A stretch of DNA of 64,000 bases from Octopus vulgaris (Eukaryota): contig OX597838.1 of NCBI GenBank assembly GCA_951406725.2, positions 8,928,001 through 8,992,000 on the forward strand. The letters are read 5' to 3'. The position numbers and the translations under genes are program-made. This document shows, piece by piece, positions 13,901 to 26,230 of this stretch. The notes beneath the pieces were generated by a model. That model was given only the letters and a program-made list of their open reading frames with translations. It had not been told where the DNA came from and did no database searches. Within the stretch, counting starts at the first letter, position 1, and each line of letters opens with the position of its first letter.

Positions 13901-16900
13901 TAGAAACTATGCCAAAGCAAACAGCTGAAATTATTGCATTCTTCCGACTTGGCAGTTCCGGTGGAACCTATTTCTTTACTACCCACAAGGGGCTAAACAC
14001 AGAGAGGATAAAGAAGGACAGACAAACGGATTAGGTCGATTATATCGACCCCAGCGCATAACTGGTACTTACTTAATTGACCCCGAAAGGATGAAAGGCA
14101 AAGCCGGCTTTAATTTGAACTCAGAACATAGCGGCAGATGAAATACCTATTTCTTTACTACCCACATGGGGTTAAACACAGAGAGGACAAACAAGGACAG
14201 ACAAACGGATTAAGTCGATTATATCGACCCCAGCACATAGCTGGTACTTACTTAATCGACCCCGAAAGGATGTAAGGCAAAGTCGACCTCAATTTGAATT
14301 CAGAACGTAGCGGCAGACGAAATACCGCTACGCATTTCGCCTGGCGTGCTAACGTTTCTGCCATCTCACTACTGGAACCATCCAACCCATGCCAGCAGGG
14401 AAAACAAATATTGAATGATGATGATGATGATGATGATTTACCGGGGTCAAAAAAGCAACAGAGTATGTAATTTTTTTCACAACCCTTGCAGCACGGAGCA
14501 CTCCTCACAAACGTAGCTCATGAGCTGGTTGTGATCAATAAACAGTTTTAAGGAGGAGCTGGTAAAAGACAAACTAACATGCAACGTGCATGTTGCATGC
14601 TGAACTCAAAGAATGGAAGAAAAGACTAAAAACGCAATGTGCATGTCGAAATAATGTAAGAGAGAAGAAAAAAAAACAGGTCCAGTGATGGTCTGTATGT
14701 CATGTCTGACACCACTGATGTGTAGCTCTGCTACAATTTTCTTGTAGAAGATGTTTTCTTCTAACACTGTACATTCTAGACTCATTATTGTTGATTTGAA
14801 AACTTTCTCAAAAATCAAAGGCTTCATCATCTTCGTTTAATGTCCGCCTTTCCATGCTTGCATGGCTCTGATGGAATTCATTGATGCAGATGTTCTGTGG
14901 CTGGGTATCTTTCCTCTCACCAACTCTTAACCTCTTTCCAAGCAAGCTGATATTTCCACACAGCCAGGTGTGTTTTCCACTAAAGATTATGAAAGGATTA
15001 CCGTTGCTTCTATAACAGTGATGTTTGCTAACAACTTGCACGTGATCTCCAGATGAAGAGTTGCACATACACATATATATATATATAAACATATCATCAT
15101 CATCATCGTTTAGCGTCCGTTTTCCATTCTAGCATGGGTTGGACGGTTCAACTGAGGTCTGTGAAGCCAGAAGGCTGCATCAGGCCCAGTCTGATCTGGC
15201 AGTGTTTCTACGGCTGTGTGCCCTTCCTAACGCCAACCACCCCGCGAGTGTAGTGGGTGCTTTTTACGTGCCACCTGCACAGGTGCCAGACGGAGCTGGC
15301 AAACGGCCACGGTCGGATGGTGCTTTTATGTGCCACCAGCACGGGGGCCAGGCGAAGCTGGCAACGGACACGAACGGATGGTGCTTTTACGTGCCACCGG
15401 CACGGAGGCCAGTTGGGACGGCGCGGGCAACGTCCACAATCGGATGGTTTGCTTAACCACAGCTGCAATTTCCATTGATGTTCCAAGAAGGAAAGGTATG
15501 TAGGCCACAGGTTATGTTCTCACTGGTCTTTCTGGGTCTTCTCACGCACAGCATACTTCCATAGGTCTCGGTCTCTAGTCATTTCCTTGGTGAGACCTAA
15601 AGTTCGAAGGTCATGCTTCACCACCTCGTCCCATGTTTTCCTTGCAGCAGTCCTTCAGTTTTTCTAAACCCTGTAAAAGAACTTGGAAAGTTGGACTTCC
15701 AACTTAGCCTTTCGTTGACACCCATGAAACCAGGAACTTTTCAGCAACCCTTGGAGATATATATAGTGATAGGCTTCTTTCAGTTTCTGCCTACCAATTC
15801 CATTCCACATAGCTTTAGTCAGTCTGGAGCTAAAGTGGAAGACATTTGGCCTAAGATGCCATATAGTGGGACCGAACCTGAAACCCTTGTGCTTGAGAAG
15901 CAAACTTCTTAACCAGACAACTGTGCCCCCAGGAAGGTTACATCATCATTATTACCGAACCCAGGCATGTCAAAATTTGAAATTTTTACATAAAAAAAAA
16001 ATTGATTTTACTTAAAAGTTAATGAAAGATAATTATCTCTTTTACTAATTAGGAATTTAAAGTATCTTGTAGAAGGCCTTGCATCTTATTTTATTTCTTT
16101 TTTTTTTTTTCAGGAAGTGCCCAACAAATATTCAACACAATGATGGGATATCAAGTGGTAAGCTTCCTCTCTTCACCATATTTACTTTTATTACTCTTCA
16201 TAATCCTAGTAAAGGTGCGCTGATTAGTAGTTAGGGCATTCGGCTCATCATCGTAAGGTCGTGAGTTCAATTCCCGATGACATGTTGTAGCCTTGAGCAA
16301 GACACTTTATTTAACGTTGCTCCAGTCCACTCAGCTGGCAAAAATGAATTTTACCTGTAATTCAAAAAGGGGTCAGCTTTGTCATATTCTGTGTCATGCT
16401 GGATCTTCCTGAGAATTGCGTTAAAGGGTATGCATGTCTGTGGAGTACTCAGCCACTTGCATGTTAATTTCACAGGCAGGCTGTTCCATTAAATCAGATC
16501 GACAGGAATCCTGGTCATCGTAACTGTTAGGGAGAGTAGATCCTTTCTACGCAAGCAGGGCGGGCCCTAGGGTTGCTGGTGCCCTGACCAGATCAGGGCG
16601 CTCACACCTAACCTACATTGACATTCTAAAAATGAACAATCACATCATTGAAACCTCAAAGCTATAAGATAATGCATGATTAATTAAAAGCAATTTGAGT
16701 AAAAAAATATTACATTTAACAGAGTAATCTGAACACCAAAGGGTTAAAGTAATTGAAAGAAACACAGAGCATCTCAACAGAAATATGGTAGCAATACGGT
16801 TAATAAGAATAGCAATAATAATTTCTTAGATTAGTACATTATCACAGATTTAGTAACTTTTTTTAAAACGGACCCTATCCCTCCTTTTACATGCTTGGTA

Positions 16901-18947
16901 CTTTGTCCTATTTTTCTTTTTATCAACTGTAAATCAATGAAAAGTAGGGTCTTCTCCCTTAACGGGGGATTTTGAAGGACAACTGAAATACAACTTTTAC
17001 CACCGTATTGGTTTTATTAATTAATTCTGCTGATAATGAAAAGTTCAACTCCTCAATCCTACCCAATCTGCCAGTCATTACCTACTCTTCCCCAACCTCT
17101 GCCCAATGCATATTTATCATTGACCACCCCTCCACCCTTGTCGATCATTCGCTACAACCACCTGCAATCCATCATCCTCAATCATCACTCCTCCCTGATG
17201 CCCCTAAACTCTTCACTCATTCCCTTATCTCTAACGACTTCCTCTTGCAACTTATTCTGTCCCCGTTCACTTCTTATCGACTCCTTCTGCCTCGAGGGTC
17301 CAGTTTGATACCTCATCGCTATTTTGTCTTCTTTTCCAGCTGCAGCCCGGATACTTCCACCCTCTCTTCTGTAATGTGAGTAATCATGTAGGTCCTGGAC
17401 AATAAAAACACCTCTTGTATTCTGGTCCCTTCCTACATACTTTAATCTCTCATATCCTAACACAAAGTCGCCTCCTTCTCTACTGTATCCGCCACTCAGT
17501 TAAAAGGGATCTCTTCATCCAGTTTGCTAACAATTCTGCAGCTTGCCGCTTTAATAAAATAAGTAACAAATAGTAATAAGAGACTAATAATAAAGATAAT
17601 AAAAATAATGATAATAATAATAAAGATCATCATCATCATCATCATCATTTAGCGTCCGCTTTCCATGCTAGCATGGGTTGGACAGTTCAACTGGGGTCTG
17701 GGAAGCCAGAAGGCTGCACCAGGCCCAGTCTGATCTGGCAATGTTTCTACAGCTGGATGCCCTTCCTAATGCCAACCACTCCGTGAGTGTAGTGGCTGCT
17801 TTTTACGTGCCACCGGCACAGGTGCCAGACGGGGCTGGCAAACGGCCTCGGTCGGATGGTGCTTTTTATGTGCCAGACGGGGCTGGCAAAAGGTCATGGT
17901 CGGATGGTGCTTTTTACGTGTCACCGGCATGGGGGCCAGGCGAGGCTGGCAAACGGCCACGATCGGATGGTGCTTTTTATGTGCCAGACGGGGCTGGCAA
18001 AAGGCCATGGTCGGATGGTGCTTTTTACGTGTCACCGGCATGGGGGCCAGGCGAGGCTGGCAAACGGCCACGATCGGATGGTGCTTTTTACGTGCCACCG
18101 GAACAGGTGCCAGACGGGGCTGGCAAACGGCCATGGTTGGATGGTGCTTTTTACGTGCCAGACGGGGCTGGCAAACGGCCACGGTCGGATGGTGCTTTTT
18201 ACGTGCCACTGGCATGGGGGCCAGGCCAGGCTGGCAACGGCCACAATCGGATGGTGCTTTTTACATGCCACCGGCACGGAGACCAGTCGAATAAAAATAA
18301 TGATAATAATTCTTTCTGCTATAGACACAAGGCCCGAAATTTTAGCAGAAGGAACTCGGTGATTATATCGACCCCAGTGCTTGAATGGTATGTATTTTAA
18401 CCCATTCCAGTGTGCACAATGGACGTTGAAGAGAATGTTGATGATTTAACAAAACTTGACAGGATGAAAGGCAAAGTCACCCTCGGTGGAATTTTAACTC
18501 AGAACATAAAAAACAGACGAATTACTGCTAAGCGTTTTGCTCGGTGTGCTAACGGTTCTGCCAGCTTGCCATCTTAATAGTAGTAATGATGATGATGATG
18601 ATGCCAATTCACCTTCTCTAATTTTGTAATTGTAGGCCAGATTGATCATATTACGTGTTTCACCGAGTCACCTTACAATGTCGACAGATATCTGAAGGAC
18701 AAAAAGCATTGGGTATCTGAAGGTCTTGTATGTTACTGCTCTATTGCTACTACTGCTACCCGGGTACTTGGTTCAGTCTCAGTAATCTAATAGCAGGCTA
18801 AGTTTTATGGTGGGTGTATGTGTGTGTGGTGTGTTTTTATATATATATATATATATATATAAAAAAAAAAAATTTTTTATCTTCGGTTTTTTTTAAATAT
18901 GCTAGACCACTGGTTTTTAATTGATTAATATTAATTTCTACCCTTAT

Positions 18948-18979
<32 letters not shown>

Positions 18980-19502
18980 GTAATATATGAATATATATAT
19001 GTGTATATACATGTATATATCGTCATCATCATTTAGCGTCCGCTTTCCATGCTAGCATGGGTTGGACGGTTCAACTGGGGTCTGGGAAGCCAGAAGGCTG
19101 CACCAGGCCCAGTCTGATCTGGCAGTGTTTCTATGGCTGGATGCCCTTCCTAACGCCAACCACTCCGTGAGTGTAGCGGGTGCTTTTTACGTGCCACCCG
19201 CACAGGTGCCAGACGGAACTGGCAAACGCCCACAGATGGATGGTGGCATAGGCGAGGCTGGCAACGGCCACGAACGGATGGTGCTTTTTACGTGCTCCCG
19301 GCACAAGGCCAGTCGGGGCGGCGCTGGCAACGGCCATGAACAGATGGTGCTTTTTACGTGCCACCGGCACGGGGGCCAGGCGAGGCTGGCAACATGTATA
19401 CATGTATATATATATATATGTATATATATATATACATGTATATATATATATACATATATATATGTATATATACATATGTATATCTATGGATATATGTGTA
19501 TA

Positions 19503-19550
<48 letters not shown>

Positions 19551-21100
19551 TACATACATGTACAGACCCATGTAAATATATTTTTTATTTATGCACCCTT
19601 TTCAAGCCTAGTCAGGCTCATGGGCCCGGTTTCTATGGCGTATTTGTTACCAAAGCATCATACACCTGATTGGTCAAGGTCTGTTTGGCAGGCACTCACT
19701 AAATGACCGTTGTCCAGTCAAAAGCTGCATTTGCCATACTATAAAAACAGTGTAGCATTAGTCACTGCTTTTGTGAATTTATTAATATACCAAATAGGCA
19801 TAGGTGTGACTGTGGTAAGAAGCTTGCTTCCCAACCACAAGGTTCCAGGTTCAGTCCCACTGTATGGCACCTTGGCCAAGTGTCTCCTATTATATAGCCT
19901 CAGGCTTACCAAAACCTTGTCTGTGGATTTGGTTGATGGAAACTAAAAGAAGCCCATTGTATATGTGTGTTTATGACCCTGTAACCTAGCAGGTCAGCAA
20001 AAGATACTGATAGAATAAGATCTGGGTTGATTCAGCCTTTGAGGCAGTGCTCCAGCATGGCTGCAGTCTAATAATAAATAAAATAGATAAAAGGTCCTTT
20101 CTTCCTTTTAATGTTAATCTTTCTCTCCCTCTCCTATATAACTTCCTCCTTTCTTTCATATTTCTTCCGCTTCTCAGCCATGTGTCCCCATTTTTACCCC
20201 TTAACCATCCTTCCTCATTATCTCCATTCCAAAGCACCATCATCATCATCGTCATTAATGAATATATTGTCGTTACTAATGATAAACCATTAAAACCACA
20301 TCAATTACTGCATCAGGACCACCACCGCCACAACCAGCATTCTAAATGGTTGTTCCACATGCTGGAAATAAGTCAAAATCCTCTTCAAATCAATCTTTAA
20401 GGAAGGACAGATTCATTTAGATAATGTCTCACTCCAGAAGATATCCTATCTATGGTTCCGGGTTCAGTCCCACTGCGTGGCACCTTGGGCAAGTGTCTTC
20501 TACTATAGACTCAAGCCAACCAAAGCCTTGTGAGTGGATTTGGTAGACGGAAACTGAAAGAAGCCCGTCGTATATATGTATATATATATATATATATGCG
20601 TTTGTGTGTCTGTGTTTGTCCCCCTAGCATTGCTTGACAACCGATGCTGGTGTGTTTATGTCTCCGTTACTTAGCGGTTCGGCAAAAGAGACCGATAGAA
20701 TAAGTACTGGGCTTACAAAAAGAATAAGTCCCGGGGTTGAGTTGCTCGATTAAAAGCGGTGCTCCAGCATGGCCGCAGTCAAATGACTGAAACAAGTAAA
20801 AGAGTAAAGAGTAAACCACACAAAAAAACAAAACAAAAAAAAAAAACGAAGTGGTTGGCATGGCTGGAACGCTTTTTTGTAGGTCTCCTAGATTAGGAAA
20901 TGATGACCTTGATTAGGTTTAAACATCAACCACCACCACCAACACCCTAGAAACCTAAGCATTATCAGTTATTATGTATAGCAATCCTTAACCAATACCA
21001 AATTACTAACTCCTTTTTTTTGCTCACTTTTCAGGAAGAAATTGAGAACCACCATTTACTCGACTGTGAGGAGATTGGGAATTTTACGCTCCTCAGATAA
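6808..21100 (+). CDS. Interferon regulatory factor (IRF1/IRF2-like), spliced; exons 6808-7012, 8386-8541, 9881-9933, 10901-10994, 11806-11841, 13235-13261, 16114-16157, 18641-18727, 21035-21100 (768 nt, 255 aa)
   Basis: Exons 1-2 give the IRF tryptophan-repeat DNA-binding domain ([23 protein letters not shown]....[25 protein letters not shown]). The downstream small exons all have pyrimidine tract+AG and GT ends with compatible phases and join in one frame to TAA at 21098-21100. AG at 6805-6806 implies an upstream non-coding exon. DBD exons are secure; the last two exons are less certain. Confidence 0.88.
7040..7435 (-). mobile_element. SINE family A copy
   Basis: Reverse complement of 4455-4853. 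Confidence 0.9.
7762..8157 (+). mobile_element. SINE family A copy
   Basis: Near-identical to 4455-4853. Confidence 0.9.
10386..10790 (-). mobile_element. SINE family A copy
   Basis: Full-length reverse copy; splits a foldback MITE arm. Confidence 0.88.
13966..14362 (-). mobile_element. SINE family B, two tandem copies; others at 46666-46900 (-), 48209-48421 (-), 52301-52430 (+) and many decayed ones
   Basis: Shared GAGTTCAAATTCCGCCGAGGTCGACTTTGCCTTTCATCCTTTCGGGGTCG core with B-box-like GTTCAAAT. Confidence 0.85.
15093..15633 (-). mobile_element. 5'-truncated copy of the RTE LINE (ORF end + 3'UTR)
   Basis: Matches 38450-38510 and 38830-39158 in reverse; (CAT)n tail. Confidence 0.85.
16212..16530 (+). 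mobile_element. Older tRNA-derived SINE (family C); related copies at ~12132-12400 and ~42121-42400
   Basis: tRNA-like head (TAGTAGTTAGG..GAGTTCAATTCC) followed by CCTTGAGCAAGACACTT. Confidence 0.65.
17627..18288 (-). mobile_element. RTE 3'UTR copy with expanded internal module array; further copies at 19021-19393 (-), 45837-46225 (+), 47599-48036 (-), 48742-49096 (-), 49742-50043 (+), 59147-59577 (-)
   Basis: Shared tail ..GTTAGGAAGGGCATCCAGC..CCAACCCATGCTAGCATGGAAA.CGGACGCTAAA(TGA)n matching the 3' end of 35223-39158. Confidence 0.87.
20452..20812 (+). mobile_element. SINE family A copy (5' truncated); older diverged copies at ~11065-11510, ~12697-13040, ~19797-20085, ~42695-42950
   Basis: Same body and tail sequence. 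Confidence 0.85.
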
Positions 21101-21349
21101 AGAATTGTCTCTGTGTATATAAACTATCGAATGACTTTTAAACTTGTAAATTCATATCATTTTCCTGCTCTTCCTCCATCTCCTCTTTTCTATTGTCTGA
21201 AATAAAAAAAAACAAAAAAAAATTTTAAAAACTTGTTGACCCTTGATCCTTGTGTCTGGAACTATTTATTTTGCTTTTGACAGTCCATTAAACGTCGATC
21301 CAAGTTACCCACGGGAGTGGACATGGCTGACAAGGCCAATGCAAGACAG

Positions 21350-22225
21350 GCAGAGTCTGTGGCACAGTGGTTGCTGAAAGTGACTCTGAACAAGAGCAGA
21401 GTCTGTGGTACTGTGGTTACTGAGAGTGACTCCGAACAAGAGCAGAGTCTGTGGTATTGTGGTTACTGAAAGTGACTCCGAACAAGAGCAGAGTCTGTGG
21501 CTACTGAAAGTGACTCTGAACAAGAGCAGAGTCTGTGGTACTGTGGTTACTGAGAGTGACTCCGAACAAGAGCAGAGTTTGTGGTATTGTGGTTACTGAA
21601 AGTGACTCCGAACAAGAGCAGAGTCTGTGGCTACTGAAAGTGACTCTGAACAAGAGCAGAGTCTGTGGTACTGTGGTTACTGAAAGTGACTCCAAACAAA
21701 AGCAGAGTCTGTGGTACTGTGGCTACTGAAAGTGACTCCGAACAAGAGCAGAGTCTGTGGTACTGTGGCTACTGAAAGTGACTCTGAACAAGAGCAGAGT
21801 CTGTGGTTACTGAAAGTGACTCCGAACAAGAGCAGAGTCTGTGGTTACTGAAAGTGACTCCGAACAAAAGCAGAGTCTGTGGTACTGTGGTTACTGAGAG
21901 TGACTCCGAACAAGAGCAGAGTCTGTGGTTACTGAGAGTGACTCCGAACAAGAGCAGAGTCTGTGGTTACTGAAAGTGACTCCGAACAAGAGCAGAGTCT
22001 GTGGTACTGTGGCTACTGAAAGTGACTCTGAACAAGAGCAGTCTGTGCTACTGTGGCTACTGAAAGTGACTCCGAACAAAAGCAGAGTCTATGGTACTGT
22101 GGTTATTGAAAGTGACTCTGAACAAGAGCAGAGTCTGTGGTACTGTGGTTACTGAAAGTGACTCCGAACAAGAGCAGAGTCTGTGGTACTGTGGCTACTG
22201 AAAGTGACTCCAAACAAGAGTAGAG
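21350..22225. repeat. Minisatellite, ~20 units of 46 and 38 bp (CTGAAAGTGACTCCGAACAAGAGCAGAGTCTGTGGTA[CTGTGGTTA])
   Basis: Read directly; a 46+46+38=130-bp higher-order period at the left end (ORFs at 21405 and 21535 are identical and 130 bp apart). Confidence 0.97.
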
Positions 22226-22999
22226 TTAACCTTGAAATGAGATCACCATGTAGTGCACATAAGGTTGTGATGCACCTGCCTGGTGTACCCTTATCAGACG
22301 GGTAGTCGTGATGGGTATACTGGGCTTCGTACATTTTACCCCAGTGTTACTTTGATGGCATGCACTGCTCTCTCACTCAATAATAATAGTAGTAGTAGTA
22401 GTAATAATAATCCAATAACATCGATGGAATTAGATAAAGGGACCTGTGGAAGACTTGAAGGAAGTGGTCTTGTAACGAAAAAAAAAAAAAAACGAAACAC
22501 GTGATATCATCACAGGAAAGTTTACAAATTATAAAATAGAAATGGAACAAAATAGTAAGTACATAAATTGAGTAATTTCGCATACACTCGAATGTCTACA
22601 CAATCATATATACATTTTGATACCCGTAGGACTACACATACATCTCAATGTTCAGACAACTACGTGAAATTTACAGGACACACATACACACGCATATGAA
22701 AATACGTGTCACAAACGAAGCAAAAACAAAAACAAAACATTTTTCTTTCGTTTTTTTTTCTTTATTTCTTTTCATTTTGTGAATTAACACAGTGAACCAT
22801 CCACAGGTTTAAAAACACCACCGAAAAAAACCCCAAAAAAACTATACTCCGAGATAAATCTATCAATAAAAAAAAAAAATACAGATGAATACTGATCTGT
22901 TAGCCTTAAGATGTCACGTTGCGAGTAATGTTTACATGCAGAGAACACGGAGACGGTGCTGTCTCAAAAAATTGACCGTAAATAGACAAATCTGTCCCC

Positions 23000-24190
23000 T
23001 AATGTCAAAGCTCGTCATGCCTCACTGTTAACAAAGCAAAATACAAAGTGGAATGGCCATCGACTGGATTATAAAGGACCACATATTCGAATGTTGAACC
23101 AGATTCAGGATGAAAAATCAGCTACTGGTTCAAATCTTTCCAACATACAGGAGTTGGAAGTACCACACAACCGGAATATTCCAACAGATGGCCATCCATG
23201 CTTGTCATCAAATAATCAAAAGAAAAAGATTGAAAAATGGTCTAGGGAAATTCTTACGGCCTTCTACCATGCCATGTATTTCCCTACAGATAAATCTAAC
23301 ACTGTACAAACATACTTAAACTGGAGACAGAAACACCCTGAAGTAAGACCCTACATAGACAGTAACAAACTTGCCAACGTCAGAAGAAACATTATGAAAA
23401 AGAAATTACACTGACTGAAGTAGAGATTGACCAAATTAAACAAGCAGTAAAGAATGAAGCTGTAGCTAAAGAATCTACTACAGAGGAAATAATTATAGAC
23501 CAGATCAGGGCTGATGAAAACACAGTAAGGATTAAAAGAGTTAGTGTAATTTTTTTTTTTTTGAAATACTCTCTGAACCAACCATAAACCCTGAGGCAGA
23601 TGAAAATCAAATAGATGAAGAAAGTCACACAGAAATTGACCCAACAGAATTACATGATCTAAAAAATCCAATCGTGACTGAATGGCTGAAAATTAAAGAA
23701 ACCAGTATGAATGAAAGTGATACTCTCCCCAAAAGTTTGCAATTCTAACCAAAACCTGAAAATAATTGGTAAAATCTGCCTTGCACTTACAGATATAATT
23801 TCAGATAATAATGTTGATATTACAGATCTCAGTTACCTGTACTATGCATCCATGAAAATCTCAACGATTTGTGAAATCATGAAAAGATTAGAAGACGACA
23901 ACATTCCCACAAAAGCCTTCTTGGCAAGAGCGTATTCAACACCTAATTCAGCTCCTTATGTTTGACATAGAATGTTTGAAAAACCTTAAGTTTGGCAAGA
24001 CTACCAAACCTACAAAAACCCAAAAATTAAAGAAAAAATATAATATGAAAACCATACTTGACATTGATGCCACCATAGAAACCATCAAGCAAAAGGTTAT
24101 GTCCTAAAGCTGCTTGCATAGCAAGGTATGAAATGCGCGTTAGATTCTTCAAGGATAACAACATGTTCAAAAATAACCCCAAAAATTTTC
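23000..24190 (+). mobile_element. Degenerate 5' part of a Dong/R4-type (RLE) LINE
   Basis: Fragments resembling the R4/Dong N-terminal region (WRQKHPE..DSNKLANVRRNIMKKK; ETIKQKV..RYE..RFFKDNNMFKNNPK); many stops. Confidence 0.6.
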
Positions 24191-24641
24191 CGGCCACCAC
24201 AAACAGTTATAGAAGGAGCCTTTCTTATTCTTCAACATAATGACGGACGCCATCATATCATCGATGCCTTTTCTCTACCGTCATCACCATCGTCGTCTTA
24301 GAACTTCACGTCGTCGTTATCTTCGTCGCCATCACCACTAAGAACAATGTTGTCTCAAGTCCACTAGTCGCCTTTCCACCGCCACCGTCGACCAAGATGT
24401 ACATAGCAACTCGCGGAACTTTAGCTTTCACGCTGTTCGTGCATAGCGCGCCAAGGATTAACAGCCCAGTCTATCTGCGAGATTCTTCTGTAACGATTTA
24501 ACCTGTCACAGCATCGAAGCTACAACTGCTACACATTGTGTTCAACCGGCATCTGCATTTGTGATTTCAACATTCTGTTACAGAACGAACTGCTATTGTG
24601 CATCAGGCTATTAGAGACTGGTAAATTAACTCCATATTCCC

Positions 24642-26228
24642 AGCAGCATATTCCCTAATGAACAGAAAGGATGTAAACGTGGATCCTACGGCTGTAAAGA
24701 CCAACTACTCATCAATAAGATGATCTTAGAAGATTGTCACAAACGACACAAAAACTTATCAATAGCCTGGATAGACTATAAAAAGGCTTTTGATAGCCTA
24801 CCACATAGCTGGATTAGGAAATGCCTGGAAATGTATAAGATAGCACCTACTCTGCGAAACTTCTTGACTGTAAGTATGAGATCATGGAGAACCACACTGA
24901 CTTTGAACAGTGACAATGAATCTCTAAATGCTAGAGATGTAAAAATTTCATGTGGCATTTTCCAGAGTGACTCACTATCACCACTCCTCTTTTGTCTAGC
25001 CTTAATACCTCTCTCAAAATTGCTCAATGATGCACAGTACGGATATAAAATGTTTGATAAAAATATAAATCATCTCATTTACATGGATGATTTAAAGCTC
25101 TTGCAAAAAATGACCAACAACTCAAGGGCTTACTAACGATTGTTAAATAATTCAGTGATGACATCAAGATGCAATTTGGCCTTGATAAATGTGCAAAAGC
25201 TACCTTTGTCAAAGGAAAAATGACGGAAACCTTGACCAGCAGAGCGTCATAAAAGAGTTAGGCAGAGAGCTACAAATACCTATGGGTACTTGAAGGGGAC
25301 AGAATCGGGTATTCAGTGATGAGGGAAAGGATCAGAAGAGAATGTTATCGCAGGGTGAGAGCAATACTCAAGACAGAGCTGAATGCGAGAAACAGGATCG
25401 AAGCGATCATGACTTACAGTTTCAATATCGTTAACTGGTCAAAATATTGAAATATGTAATCTTGACAGAAAAATACAAAAATGGTTAACAATGCATAGAA
25501 TGCACCACCCTAAGGCAGATATAGAACGACTTTATCTGCCAAGAAAAGAGGGAGGCCGTGGACTTTTGCAACTGGCAATAACAATGAAGATTGCTACAAT
25601 TGGCCTAGACACCTACCTGAAAAACTCTGAGGACTGGATGTTAAAACTTGTCTCAAAACATGAAAACAAGAAAGCATCATACTCAGTAACAAAACAGGCA
25701 AAGGAATATCTAAGTGAATTCCGAATACAACAAATTTCGGAATTAGAGATAGACATACAAGAAACAAGCACAGAAAAAGCTAGGCGCATGAAAACCCGTG
25801 CCAAAACTGCGGCCTTAGATATTCTGACTGATAAATGGCAAGAAAAACCTCTCAATGGCAAATACCCAAAGAGAGTGAATAATGCTGATGTTGAGGAAGC
25901 CCTGACCCATCAATGGCTAATGGCTTCTGGCTTAACATCTGAAACAGAAGGGTTTATCATAGCAGCCCAAGATCAATGCCTTCCTACAAGGAACTACCAG
26001 GCCGACATATTAAAGAACAGCAGCTTCCCAACACGTCGTGTATGTCAACAACAAAATGAAACCATTGATCATGTTGTCTCCAAGTGCAGTCTTCTTGCGC
26101 CTACAGAGTATCTCAACAGGCATGAAAGAGCTGCACAATATACTCGCTGGATAATTTGCAAAAGCTTGGACTTGCCCCATGATAAAAACTGGTGGGAACA
26201 CAAACCACTTCCAGCACTTGAAAATGAT
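24642..26228 (+). mobile_element. Dong/R4-type LINE fragment A (RT through CCHC region), degenerate
   Basis: [102 protein letters not shown]. Confidence 0.88.
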
Positions 26229-26230
26229 CA

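Noticed and set aside
17008-17463. 123-aa and 92-aa ORFs in an IRF intron
   Set aside because: Pyrimidine-biased sequence, probably a decayed retroelement on the minus strand; no diagnostic motif or splice context I can support.
17678-18400. 240-aa repetitive ORF (and similar ORFs at 15139, 19062, 47631, 59197)
   Set aside because: Antisense reading of the RTE 3'UTR modules; open in several frames only because the module lacks stop codons.
21350-22225. CRISPR-like regular repeat array
   Set aside because: Units are contiguous with no unique spacers, there are no cas genes, and the context is eukaryotic; it is a minisatellite.
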